Source: an uncultured Gammaproteobacteria bacterium (GTDB lineage: Bacteria; Pseudomonadota; Gammaproteobacteria; Arenicellales; Arenicellaceae). Taken from it: a stretch of DNA of 55,935 nt. The stretch covers positions 16,532 to 72,466 of the forward strand of contig CAZJWW010000001.1 in assembly GCA_964549895.1 (NCBI GenBank), written 5' to 3'. The position numbers and the translations under genes were made by a program. Of this stretch, positions 46,226 through 55,935 are shown piece after piece (within the stretch, counting starts at the first letter, position 1; each line of letters opens with the position of its first letter). The notes beneath the pieces were generated by a model. It saw only the letters and a program-made list of their open reading frames with translations, was not told the DNA's origin and did not search any database.

Positions 46226-49000
46226 ATGGATAAGCAATATCAAAGTTGGCTAGGCGAACTCGATAAGGACACGGCCTTGATAGTGCCAACTAGGAGTCTA
46301 GCCAGCAGTTTAAATGCCCAGATAAGCGACTATTATATTGCGCAAAAACAGGTTGTTTGGGAAGCCCCCAATATACTGATGTGGGGCGACTATTTGCGCT
46401 TGATGTGGCAACTCAACGCCAGCGAACTGTCGAGTGCCCACACCTTGATAAGCCGTCAACAAAGTTTATTACTATGGGTTCAGGTTATAGACGTCTCGCG
46501 TCGCCAAGAGCGCGATTTAACTTTGCTCAATGTTCAGCAAACCGCGAAAGCCGTAGAGCGGAGTTGGCGTCTGATGCATGACTGGGGTGTCAGCGAATCT
46601 GCATTAGCGCAAGATCATGTAGAAGACGTTGAACAATTTTTAAGTTGGACATCGGAGTACCAAAATTTACTTAGGAAGCGGGGCTTAATAGATGAACCGC
46701 TGTTACTGCAAGCACTGATAGATGAGGACCGGTCAGAGTTTCCATTTAATCACTTAATTTGGCACTCTTATGATTTAGTAACCGACGCGCAACAACGATT
46801 AAATGAATTGGCAGCAGAACGAGGTGTGCACATTTCTGTTGCTTCATCGGCTCGAGCTCGCAGCCCTGAGATCAGCTACCTTGAGTATGCAAATACAAAC
46901 GACGAAATTCGGGCCAGCTTCATTAAAGCACGAACGCTAATTGAGAATTCAGACTCCGATTATACGATTAGCGTTGTGATTCCAGATTTGCAACGCCAGC
47001 AATCTCAAATACGTGAAATAGCACGCGAAGTATTTTATCCCTCGGAGTCTCCTCTGGCGACTCAACAAATGGATACGGTATATAGGTTCAGCCTAGGGCA
47101 GCCCCTCAGTGAATGGGCGGCTATCGAGACTGCATTGAGCCTTATTCAGATGCTAAAAAACCGCACTAGCTTGGTGGATTTTGGGTTTATATTGCGTAAT
47201 CAGTTTGTAGCTTTGAGCCGTGACAACGCCGAGGAATGCCGATTATTCGAGCGTTGGTTAAAACGCCAACGCATTAGCAATTTCTTATTGGATAATTTAC
47301 CCGATTTGTACCAGCAGTGTTTGGAATTTTTTGACGAACAGCACTCATCTTCTGAACATAAGCCTACCCAAAAAAGTGGGTTGCTGATGGCTCTCAATGA
47401 CATCGTTGATTTAAAAAATGATTTTCAACGACGCCTAGACCAACAAAAAGAACAAAATAAATTCGCGACAATAAGCTTTTCGGAATGGGTCAACGTTTTT
47501 GATCAATGGCTATCCGCTTGGGGTTGGGGAACCGAGGTCGAATCAGGCGGTTTGGATTCAGAACAGTATCAGCTTTTGACGCGCTGGCAACGGTTGCTCG
47601 AAGAATATGCTGGCCTCAGCGCGGTGCAATCAAGTTTAGGTTTAAATCGAGCTATCGAAATACTGCAGCAAATGGCTCGCGACGCGGTATTTTTACCACA
47701 AGCTGCCGCTTCTCCGATTTTAATCTCCGGTATATATGAGGCGATTGGTCGGCCCGTCAATCATTGTTTCTTGAGCGGCATGAACGAAAATTATCCACCG
47801 GCATCGCAAAACGATGCCTTCGTGCCGAATAGAATATTACAAGAAACGGGTTTTCCAAACGCCACGGCACAAGGCAGCTATTGCCAGGCCAATAAAGTGA
47901 TCAACAGTTTGTTGATCTCGAGTGAGTCAGTGACGCTGAGTTACGCACAATACGACGAGCAGAATAGTGAAATTCAAGGAGGTGTTTCGCCCCTTTTTAG
48001 AGACCAACAATTTAATCGCTCGAACCCTAACATAAGCAAAGAATATAACGACTTTGATCTAGAGCATTATGACGATATACAAGGTCCTGCATGGTCATCG
48101 CCCGCAGGCCCGAGAGGCGGCTCTGCTATTTTTGAAAATCAATCCAATTGCGCGTTTAAAGCCTTTGTGACTCACCAGTTACAGTACGAGAGAGATCAAG
48201 AAGCCGAATTTGGCCTAGATGGTTTAGATAGGGGAAATGTGGTGCACCGTATGTTAGAGCTTGCTTGGCATGACTTACAAACGCAGGCCAATCTAAAAGC
48301 AAAGTCCGAGTCGGAGTTAGACGCCTTGATTGAGAATGTTGTAGAACAAGTCATAGCAGATCAGAGTACACAGCTCACTGAAGACAAAGCAATGTTACTC
48401 AAACATGAGCGACCACGACTGTCCAAGTTGTTAAAACAATGGCTGATTCTCGAAACTAAGCGTCCCATTGGTTTTTCGGTGGTCGAGCGAGAAGAACCAC
48501 GGCAGGGTAATATTGGCGGTATTGATTTCAGGTACATCATAGATCGTCTAGACAAAATGGATGACGGGCGTCGTTTGATTATCGATTATAAAACCGGTGC
48601 AGTCTCGCGCAAAGACTGGACTGACGAGCGCATCGCTAAGCCGCAAATGCCTTTGTATTCAGTGATGATAAATAGAGCAGGGCCGGCAGATATTGCAGGA
48701 ATTAGTTACGCAAAAGTCGACGCGGCAAAACATGAGTTTTTGGAATTGAGTGAAGTCGGGATTTTAAAAACTGATGGCAGTCATTCGCAAAGGTATGAAG
48801 CTCAGTGGCTTGAGGGCAAAGCGCGTTGGCCAGAATTATTTGAGGAGCTTGCTAATCAATTTTTAGCAGGTGATGCGCAAGTTAATCCTATTGAAGAAAA
48901 GACTTGCCTGTACTGTGATTTGCAATCCGTTTGTCGTATTTCCCAGTTAAGAGAATCACAAGATTTGCCGGCACCGTTAGATGAGGCAAATCATGATTAG
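46226..49000 (+). CDS. addB: AddB-like subunit: inactive helicase scaffold plus PD-(D/E)XK nuclease with Fe-S cysteines
   Basis: IVPTRSLA N-terminus, CAFKAF, RGNVVH, IDRLD...IIDYKTG, PQMPLY and CLYCDLQSVCR. The track start is 46220 (TTG). Confidence 0.8.
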   Translation: MDKQYQSWLGELDKDTALIVPTRSLASSLNAQISDYYIAQKQVVWEAPNILMWGDYLRLMWQLNASELSSAHTLISRQQSLLLWVQVIDVSRRQERDLTLLNVQQTAKAVERSWRLMHDWGVSESALAQDHVEDVEQFLSWTSEYQNLLRKRGLIDEPLLLQALIDEDRSEFPFNHLIWHSYDLVTDAQQRLNELAAERGVHISVASSARARSPEISYLEYANTNDEIRASFIKARTLIENSDSDYTISVVIPDLQRQQSQIREIAREVFYPSESPLATQQMDTVYRFSLGQPLSEWAAIETALSLIQMLKNRTSLVDFGFILRNQFVALSRDNAEECRLFERWLKRQRISNFLLDNLPDLYQQCLEFFDEQHSSSEHKPTQKSGLLMALNDIVDLKNDFQRRLDQQKEQNKFATISFSEWVNVFDQWLSAWGWGTEVESGGLDSEQYQLLTRWQRLLEEYAGLSAVQSSLGLNRAIEILQQMARDAVFLPQAAASPILISGIYEAIGRPVNHCFLSGMNENYPPASQNDAFVPNRILQETGFPNATAQGSYCQANKVINSLLISSESVTLSYAQYDEQNSEIQGGVSPLFRDQQFNRSNPNISKEYNDFDLEHYDDIQGPAWSSPAGPRGGSAIFENQSNCAFKAFVTHQLQYERDQEAEFGLDGLDRGNVVHRMLELAWHDLQTQANLKAKSESELDALIENVVEQVIADQSTQLTEDKAMLLKHERPRLSKLLKQWLILETKRPIGFSVVEREEPRQGNIGGIDFRYIIDRLDKMDDGRRLIIDYKTGAVSRKDWTDERIAKPQMPLYSVMINRAGPADIAGISYAKVDAAKHEFLELSEVGILKTDGSHSQRYEAQWLEGKARWPELFEELANQFLAGDAQVNPIEEKTCLYCDLQSVCRISQLRESQDLPAPLDEANHD

Positions 49001-52000
49001 TGACCTCGACGCCAGAACCGCGGCGCTAAATCCGCAACGCTCATTTATCGTTCAAGCCCCAGCAGGGTCGGGTAAAACCGGTTTATTGGTCTACCGCATA
49101 TTGACCTTGCTGGCCACGGTCGATCAACCGCAGAAGGTGTTGGCAATAACCTTTACCCGCAAAGCAACCTCTGAGATGTTGGCGCGATTGCAAGAATTAT
49201 TACGGTGCGCGGAACAAGGTGAAAGCAGCGATGACGCTTTCGAACAACAAGGCATCGCCTTAGCGCAGGATGTATTGGTACAAGATAAAAAATACGGGTG
49301 GAACTTGTTGGACTCCCCGCATCAATTACAGATACTAACCATCGATGCCTTTAGTGCCAGGCTCGCTGGCAGTATGCCTTGGTTAAGTCGACTGGGAGAT
49401 CGGCCGCGAACCACCGACGAGGCCACTTTACACTACGCTGCCGCGATTGAAAGTTTGTTTACCGAATTGTTGAATGACGACTCCGATTTATTGGCATCCT
49501 TACAAACTGTTTTACTTGAAATGGATTTTAATTACAATCGCGCTCGGCAGCTGTTTGCCTCTATGCTCGCTAAACGCGACCAATGGTTGCGCCACTTACT
49601 GAGTAATGATTTAAGCAAATTGCGGGGCTATATTGAGCAAGCATGGCAGTCGCTGGTGAATGAACAAGTGAGTCAAGTTAATGAGCTAATGGATAGCCAA
49701 CAGCTTGAAGAATTATTGGAGATTGGCCGCGAGGCCGCTGGCAATATTGAAGCAAAGGAGGGCAAAGAGTCTCTGCTGGTTGGCTTTGAGAACTTTGATC
49801 GATCAGTTCGTCTATTCGGCTTAGGGCAATGGCAAGCTTTGCGCCATATGCTATTAACGGGCGAAGGCAAATGGCGAAAACAGATCAATAAAAATATAGG
49901 TTTTTTGCCGAAGACTCCATTAAAAGCAGTCATTCAAGAAAAACTTGTGGAGCTATCAGAAGGTTATGAAGAGCTGCGTTTGGCCCTCATCGAAATTGAT
50001 TCCTTACCTAGTGCAAACTTTAGTGATGAAGATTGGCAACAGTTGCTAGCACTAGAGTCAGTATTAAAATCGTTGGCAGCGCGATTGCAATTACGTTTTC
50101 GTAGCGTCGGAGAGTGTGATCATAGTGAAGTAACACAGCGTGCAAATTTAGCCCTGCAAGAATTACAAAACCCTACTGATTTAGGTTTGCGCCTTGATGC
50201 GCAGTTGCAACATATATTAGTTGATGAATTCCAAGATACCTCGCACGGTCAAATTGAATTACTGAAACGTCTAACCCTAGGGTGGTCGAAAATAGAAGAT
50301 GGGTTCTCTCGCACCTTGTTTTTAGTGGGTGATCCTATGCAGTCGATCTATCGATTTAGAGAAGCCGACGTTAGTTTGTTTTTGCGTGTCGCGGCCAACG
50401 ATACTAGCCAAGTATTCCCTAATATTCAGATAGAACCCTTAGTTTTAACTGAAAATTTTCGCTCATCAAGCAGTTTAGTTAATTGGTTTAACGCGACTTT
50501 TCAATCGAGTTTTCCAGAGCGTAATGATTTTATTTCCAGCGCTATTCAATATGCGCCGGCTACTTCCAAAAAGCCAGAAAATTTGCCTTGTGCGGAAACT
50601 TTGTTAGCGCACGATAAAGTGCAAGAAGCCAACTTGTTGGTAGAGTTAGTTAAGGCTGAGATCAATAATTTACCAACTGAAGATGATCGTGTTGCAATTT
50701 TGGTTCGGTCGCGCGGACACCTTAGGCATTTGTTGCCGGCCTTACAGCAAGCTGGCTTGAATTATGTCGGCGTTGATATTCAACCTCTTAACAATGTCCA
50801 AGCAGTGATGGATGTGTTGGCTTTGTGTAAATCAATTTGCCGGCAGGATAACCGCATTGCTTGGTTGGCTTTACTGCGGGGGCCATGGTGTGGGCTTAGT
50901 TTAAAAGAAATTAAACAATTAGCTGGCCGCGCAGATCAAACCGTCTGGCAACAACTAAATAGTCAAGATTTAAGCGCCTTAGAGGTCAATTCAAAACAGC
51001 GATTAGGGCGTTTTTTGGTCGTTATGAAAGCGGTTTTCGAGCAGCGTCAACGAGTGGAGCTTGCCAGCCTGACTCGTTGGGCTTGGATGGCTCTGGGCGG
51101 CGAGTCTACTTTGTTAGGTGCCAGTATTGATGATATTGAAACGGTCTTTAAATTGATTGGGGAGCAACAACGTGGCGGTGATCTCGCCTCTCTTAGCGAG
51201 TTAGATAAGGCCTTAGATGGCCTGTATGCAAGACCTGCGCAGGGGGTTGCTAATGAAGCACCTAAACTGATTATTTCAACCATCCACAAAGCCAAGGGTT
51301 TGCAGTATCACACTGTTATTTTGCCGTGTTTGGGCAATATGGCACGAGCCGAAAGTAAGGAAATTATGATGTGGGCCGAATATCAAAATGCATCAGGTGG
51401 CTCGCAACTATTGTTAGCGCCGCTGGTGCTAAATGAAACTGACAAGAATTCGCATTACAGTTATCTGCGACTATTAGATAAAAAACGCAGTACTAACGAA
51501 GCGGTTCGCCTGATGTATGTGGCATGCACCCGAGCTGAGCAAAAATTGGTGTTGCTCGGTTGCACTAAATCAGATGAAGAGTCGGGGGAGACTAAGCCGC
51601 CAGTGGTCAGTAGCTTGCTAGGGTCCATTTGGAACGCGACTCAAGATGATTTTAGTTTTCCCTATATCCAAGAACATAATGATGATGCAGAGCTGCAAAA
51701 TAATCCTCAGACATTATCTCGCTTGCCTGCAAATTTTCAACTGGCGACACTGCCAGCAACAAACTGGCAATTGGTTCAACAGCACTCCATAGCGGCTCCC
51801 ATGCCACCTGTAGATTCGCAAACCTTGGAATATGAGTGGGCCACTGAAGTGGCGACAGCGGTCGGCATAGTGTTACATGATTGCTTGCAATTCAATGGTT
51901 CGGGTATTTTCAACCTTAGTATTGATCAGGCCTTAAAGAAGCGCTGGAATGCCGAGCTGCGAGCCTTACGAGTGCCGGCCAATCGCATTGATTATGCTTT

Positions 52001-52367
52001 AAAAAGACTGACTAAAGCACTCAATAATATCCAGACGGATAAAGACACACATTTTCTATTTAAAGATTATGCTGAACAGCAAAATGAATACGCATTGTCC
52101 GCCTTGGAAGACGGCGTGGTAAACACCTATCGGATCGATCGCACTTTTGTAGATGAGCAAGGCGTACGTTGGATTGTTGATTACAAAAGTACCGATACAC
52201 GCAATCAAGATATTGAGAGCTTCGTGGATGAACAAATCAAAGATCGACACCAAGACCAATTAGAAAGATACGGCCGCTTAATGAGTCAAATTGACGCCAA
52301 GCCAATTCGTCTGGCAGTATACTTCCCGCTATTAAAGCAATTACGATCTTGGGAGTATCGGGTATAG
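48993..52367 (+). CDS. addA: AddA-like UvrD-family helicase-nuclease
   Basis: APAGSGKT, TFTRKA, LVDEFQDTS, VGDPMQSIYRFR, TIHKAKGL, YVACTRA and C-terminal IDR...IVDYKS...QLERY; start overlaps the addB stop. Confidence 0.85.
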   Translation: MISDLDARTAALNPQRSFIVQAPAGSGKTGLLVYRILTLLATVDQPQKVLAITFTRKATSEMLARLQELLRCAEQGESSDDAFEQQGIALAQDVLVQDKKYGWNLLDSPHQLQILTIDAFSARLAGSMPWLSRLGDRPRTTDEATLHYAAAIESLFTELLNDDSDLLASLQTVLLEMDFNYNRARQLFASMLAKRDQWLRHLLSNDLSKLRGYIEQAWQSLVNEQVSQVNELMDSQQLEELLEIGREAAGNIEAKEGKESLLVGFENFDRSVRLFGLGQWQALRHMLLTGEGKWRKQINKNIGFLPKTPLKAVIQEKLVELSEGYEELRLALIEIDSLPSANFSDEDWQQLLALESVLKSLAARLQLRFRSVGECDHSEVTQRANLALQELQNPTDLGLRLDAQLQHILVDEFQDTSHGQIELLKRLTLGWSKIEDGFSRTLFLVGDPMQSIYRFREADVSLFLRVAANDTSQVFPNIQIEPLVLTENFRSSSSLVNWFNATFQSSFPERNDFISSAIQYAPATSKKPENLPCAETLLAHDKVQEANLLVELVKAEINNLPTEDDRVAILVRSRGHLRHLLPALQQAGLNYVGVDIQPLNNVQAVMDVLALCKSICRQDNRIAWLALLRGPWCGLSLKEIKQLAGRADQTVWQQLNSQDLSALEVNSKQRLGRFLVVMKAVFEQRQRVELASLTRWAWMALGGESTLLGASIDDIETVFKLIGEQQRGGDLASLSELDKALDGLYARPAQGVANEAPKLIISTIHKAKGLQYHTVILPCLGNMARAESKEIMMWAEYQNASGGSQLLLAPLVLNETDKNSHYSYLRLLDKKRSTNEAVRLMYVACTRAEQKLVLLGCTKSDEESGETKPPVVSSLLGSIWNATQDDFSFPYIQEHNDDAELQNNPQTLSRLPANFQLATLPATNWQLVQQHSIAAPMPPVDSQTLEYEWATEVATAVGIVLHDCLQFNGSGIFNLSIDQALKKRWNAELRALRVPANRIDYALKRLTKALNNIQTDKDTHFLFKDYAEQQNEYALSALEDGVVNTYRIDRTFVDEQGVRWIVDYKSTDTRNQDIESFVDEQIKDRHQDQLERYGRLMSQIDAKPIRLAVYFPLLKQLRSWEYRV

Positions 52368-52423
52368 CCCGTTCTAAGAAATATGCGTATCAGTTCAATT
52401 AAGAAGTTAAAAGAAAAAGGTTT

Positions 52424-53476
52424 ATGAAAAAAGTTAAGTTAGGCAGCAGTAGTTTACAGGTCAGTGAAGTTTGCTTAGGCAGCATGACCTGGGGTGAACA
52501 AAATACGCAGGAAGACGCGTTCGATCAAATAGAATATGCACTGGATCGCGGTATTAATTTTATCGACACCGCTGAAATGTACGCGGTGCCACCAAAAGCC
52601 GAAACTTGCGGCTTTACTGAAACTTATATTGGCGATTGGATAGCCGCGAATCAGAGTCGACGAGATGAATTCGTATTGGCCACTAAGATCGCAGGCCCGA
52701 AAATTCCTTGGGTACGAGATGGTGGACCTATTAATACCAGCGCTATAAATAATGCTATTGACGGCTCGTTAGGGAGATTGCAAACCGACTACATTGATCT
52801 TTATCAAATACATTGGCCCAATCGAATGCATCCCTATTTCGCTAAACATTGGCCTGGTGACGTGGATTATTCTAGGTTTGACGTGCAAAAAGAGCGCGAC
52901 GGTATGTTGGAGATATTGCGGACGCTGGATGAAAATATAAAAGCTGGCAAGATCCGATATTGTGGTGTGTCTAACGAAACGCCATGGGGCGTCGGTGAGT
53001 ATAGACAAATAGCCGATAAACATGACTTGCCAAAAATGGTCTCGGTGCAAAACGAATTTAATTTATTGAATTTGATGGATGTCCCTCACTTGATGGAAAG
53101 CTGTGCGCTGAATGACATGGCCTTTCTACCTTGGTCGCCACTAGCCGGGGGCGCATTATCCGGTAAATACGCTGATGGTCAAATTCCTGAAGGGTGTCGT
53201 TGGAGCATGCAACAACGTCACGGTATTCTTCGTGATACCCCGCAAGTACATGAAGCCATTGCGGCTTATAAAGCCGTGGCCGACAAACATGGTTTAACGC
53301 TTGTGCAGCTTGCTTTGGCGTGGGTCTATCAATATAGCGGTGTCACTTCGGCGATCATTGGAGCGACATCCATGGAGCAACTAAAAGCAGATATTGATGC
53401 CTATGATGTTGCCTTGTCTGAAGAAATACTTGCTGAGGTTAAGTTGGTTATCAAGCGCTTTCCAAAGCCGTTTTAG
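52424..53476 (+). CDS. Aldo/keto reductase (Tas-like)
   Basis: CLGSMTWGEQN, DTAEMY, DLYQIHWP, SNETPWG and IIGAT. Confidence 0.9.
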   Translation: MKKVKLGSSSLQVSEVCLGSMTWGEQNTQEDAFDQIEYALDRGINFIDTAEMYAVPPKAETCGFTETYIGDWIAANQSRRDEFVLATKIAGPKIPWVRDGGPINTSAINNAIDGSLGRLQTDYIDLYQIHWPNRMHPYFAKHWPGDVDYSRFDVQKERDGMLEILRTLDENIKAGKIRYCGVSNETPWGVGEYRQIADKHDLPKMVSVQNEFNLLNLMDVPHLMESCALNDMAFLPWSPLAGGALSGKYADGQIPEGCRWSMQQRHGILRDTPQVHEAIAAYKAVADKHGLTLVQLALAWVYQYSGVTSAIIGATSMEQLKADIDAYDVALSEEILAEVKLVIKRFPKPF

Positions 53477-53477
53477 T

Positions 53478-53510
53478 TTCAGTCGGAGCTCTTGATAGGC
53501 TCCGACTGAA
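53478..53510. terminator. 12-bp perfect hairpin between convergent genes
   Basis: TTCAGTCGGAGC-N9-GCTCCGACTGAA. Confidence 0.65.
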
Positions 53511-53529
53511 TACGCCCTAATATAAATTC

Positions 53530-54003
53530 CTACAGCTGACTTAAAACTGTATCGGCATCACTCACTTTATAGTCACCACCTTCTTCTAAATTTAAGTGTG
53601 TTACCGTGCCGTTATCGACAATCATTGAGTAGCGTAGTGAGCGAACACCACCAAAATCTGCGGTATCTAGAACTAAGCCCATTTCTTTCGTTAAGGCAGC
53701 GCCACCATCGGCAATCATCGTTAGGTTCTCAGCATTTTGCGCGGTTTGCCATGACGTCATCACAAAGGAATCATTGACTGACAAGCATGCAACGGCATCA
53801 ACCCCTTTGGCGGCAATATCGTCATACTTGACCACAAAGCTCGGCAAATGTGCTTCAGAACAGGTTGGCGTAAAAGCACCAGGCACGGCGAATAAGACGA
53901 CTTTTTTACCAGCAAAAAAGTCCGCTGCGGGCACTGAATCTTGGCCTTCTTTGTTAATAACGGTAATGCTGGTGCTAGGAATTGCGTCTCCGACTTTAAT
54001 CAT
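53530..54003 (-). CDS. Peroxiredoxin (Prx5/type II)
   Basis: VPGAFTPTCS..HLP, SVNDSFVM and RSLRY. Confidence 0.93.
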   Translation of the reverse strand: MIKVGDAIPSTSITVINKEGQDSVPAADFFAGKKVVLFAVPGAFTPTCSEAHLPSFVVKYDDIAAKGVDAVACLSVNDSFVMTSWQTAQNAENLTMIADGGAALTKEMGLVLDTADFGGVRSLRYSMIVDNGTVTHLNLEEGGDYKVSDADTVLSQL

Positions 54004-54108
54004 TTAATCACCTCAAAAGGAGTTTAGGAGTTAGGTTTGTATTTGCTAAACGCCGATTATAAAGCATCTCTAATGAATGAATAAGACTACCTGAGGTAAA
54101 CTTCCAGA

Positions 54109-54792
54109 ATGAATCGAAAAGCAATTGATTTGCATCCACAGTGGTTACAGTTTTTACAAAGCGAATTCGAACACGAATACATGCAGTCTTTGTCTGCATT
54201 TTTACGCGCTGAGAAAGCGCAAGGTAAGATTATCTATCCTGCGGGAAAAAACATATTTGCTGCCCTGAACGCTACATTATTGGAAGACGTACGGGTGGTG
54301 ATTTTGGGTCAAGACCCCTATCATGGCCCAAATCAAGCGCACGGCCTGAGTTTCAGTGTGCCCGTGGGGGTGCGGATACCGCCGTCACTGCAAAATATCT
54401 ACAAAGAGCTAAATAGTGACCAAGGTTGTGACGCACCCACACACGGCAATTTACAAGTATGGGCTGAACGTGGCGTTTTATTGCTGAATAGTGTGTTAAG
54501 TGTCGAGCAATCGATGGCCGCTAGCCATCAAGGTAAAGGTTGGGAGCGGTTTACCGATAAAGTAATCAATGTTATTAACACTCAAAGCTCCAATGTGGTG
54601 TTTTTATTGTGGGGCGCCTATGCGCAAAAAAAAGGCGTAGCAATAGACAGAAGTAAACACTTAGTATTGCTGGCACCGCATCCGAGTCCATTGTCTGCGC
54701 ACCGAGGCTTCTTGGGCTGTGGTCATTTCTCCAAAGCCAATCAATACCTAGTCGATAATGGTTTAAGTCCAATAGATTGGCAAATTCGTTAG
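54109..54792 (+). CDS. ung: Uracil-DNA glycosylase
   Basis: GQDPYH, HGLSFSV, GVLLLN and HPSPLS. Confidence 0.97.
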   Translation: MNRKAIDLHPQWLQFLQSEFEHEYMQSLSAFLRAEKAQGKIIYPAGKNIFAALNATLLEDVRVVILGQDPYHGPNQAHGLSFSVPVGVRIPPSLQNIYKELNSDQGCDAPTHGNLQVWAERGVLLLNSVLSVEQSMAASHQGKGWERFTDKVINVINTQSSNVVFLLWGAYAQKKGVAIDRSKHLVLLAPHPSPLSAHRGFLGCGHFSKANQYLVDNGLSPIDWQIR

Positions 54793-54799
54793 TTACTGT

Positions 54800-55894
54800 A
54801 TGCGTAAAATTCTACACATCGATATGGATGCTTTTTATGCCTCGGTGGAGCAACGAGATACGCCTGAGTTACGCGGCAAACCTGTCATCGTCGGTGGTCG
54901 ACCAGAGCGCCGTGGCGTGGTTGCGGCTTGTAGTTACGAAGCGCGCAAATATGGCGTTCATTCAGCTATGCCAAGCGCGCGAGCGGTAAAACTCTGCAAA
55001 GACGCTATTTTTGTGCCGCCGCGTTTTGATGCGTATCGAGAGGCATCGCAGAAAATCAAAGCGATATTTCGTCAGTATACGAAGTTAATAGAGCCTTTAT
55101 CGCTGGATGAAGCCTATTTGGATGTCACGGATATTTCACGCTTTTGTGGTTCTGCGACGGAAGTCGCGATGCAGATAAAGAAACAAATTCAAGAAGAAGT
55201 AAATTTAACCGCATCGGCCGGCGTATCGTATAACAAGTTCCTTGCTAAAGTGGCATCCGACATGGATAAGCCAAATGGAATTTATGTTATTCGTCCTGAG
55301 GTAGCTGAAACGTTTATAGAACAGTTGGAAATTCGTAAATTTTTCGGCATTGGTAAGGTCACTGAAAAGAAGATGAATTCTTTAGGCATATACACGGGCG
55401 CCGATCTTAAGAAATTAAGCAAAATCCAACTACAAACTCAGTTTGGTCGGTCTGGTGATTATTATTACAATATTGCGCGCGGCATTGACGAAAGGCCAGT
55501 TAATCCGTCGCGCATTCGTAAGTCCATCGGCAGTGAAACCACCTTTGATGGCAATGTCGTTGATAAGAAGATGATTTGGTCCACCTTAACGAAATTGGCA
55601 TCGGGTCTGGGCAGTTCATTGCTGGATAAGAGCGTCACCGCGCGCACCGTCACCTTGAAAGTCAAATACTCAGACTTTAAGTTAATTACCCGCAGCAAAA
55701 CCGGCGAACAGCATGTACACGATGAAGCAAGCATACTTGGCGTGTTACCAGAATTGTTGCGTAAAACAGACGTGGGTAAGCGACCAATTCGTTTAATTGG
55801 TATTACCTTAGCCAATTTGGGTTCAAGTAAACAAAAAGTGGCCGTCGCTGTTGTTCCGCCCGCGGTCAATGAACAACAGCTAGGGCTTTTTTAA
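54800..55894 (+). CDS. dinB: DNA polymerase IV
   Basis: HIDMDAFYASVE, SYEAR, SLDEAYLD, ASDMDKPNG and C-terminal clamp motif QLGLF. Confidence 0.97.
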   Translation: MRKILHIDMDAFYASVEQRDTPELRGKPVIVGGRPERRGVVAACSYEARKYGVHSAMPSARAVKLCKDAIFVPPRFDAYREASQKIKAIFRQYTKLIEPLSLDEAYLDVTDISRFCGSATEVAMQIKKQIQEEVNLTASAGVSYNKFLAKVASDMDKPNGIYVIRPEVAETFIEQLEIRKFFGIGKVTEKKMNSLGIYTGADLKKLSKIQLQTQFGRSGDYYYNIARGIDERPVNPSRIRKSIGSETTFDGNVVDKKMIWSTLTKLASGLGSSLLDKSVTARTVTLKVKYSDFKLITRSKTGEQHVHDEASILGVLPELLRKTDVGKRPIRLIGITLANLGSSKQKVAVAVVPPAVNEQQLGLF

Positions 55895-55935
55895 ACCGCC
55901 GCTAAGGCTATTTGTGAACGGCCGCTAAGGCTTTT
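55871..55935 (+). repeat. Degenerate ~22-23-bp tandem repeat starting in the dinB 3' end
   Basis: GCCGCTAAGGCT at 55898-55909 and 55921-55932, with a diverged copy ACAGCTAGGGCT in the last dinB codons; may continue beyond the window. Confidence 0.6.

Noticed and set aside
54793-54812. LexA box before dinB
   Set aside because: Only the left half (TACTGTAT) matches; no CAG at the required spacing.

Overview
A densely packed, mostly housekeeping chromosomal segment of a gammaproteobacterium; the taxon is inferred from gene content and order. It has about 47 protein-coding genes. These cover heme synthesis (hemW, a fused hemC-hemD, hemX, hemY), amino-acid metabolism (thrH, lysA, argH), heat shock and proteostasis (hslR, prlC, rpoH), division and secretion (ftsY-ftsE-ftsX, zapE), the cell wall (mrcB with an LpoP-like lipoprotein; an L,D-peptidase/NTF2/M14 peptidase trio) and DNA repair (xth, mutM, polA, AddAB-type helicase-nuclease, ung, dinB). 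I saw no rRNA, tRNA, CRISPR array, transposase or integrase. The most notable signals are: (1) a highly structured ~400-nt candidate ncRNA downstream of yihA/engB; (2) a Csd6/Pgp2-like peptidoglycan-trimming module with a non-catalytic partner sharing its C-terminal domain and a membrane-anchored M14 amidase; (3) a secreted Arg/Asn/Gly/Tyr/Ser repeat protein with a Cys/His tail behind a PhoP-type box; (4) a perfect CIRCE operator in front of rpoH; (5) a HemC-HemD fusion preceded by short tandem repeats; (6) AddAB-type genes; (7) a solo dynamin-like GTPase; (8) a probable decayed integron-cassette relic. All calls come from motif recognition by eye; no searches were run.
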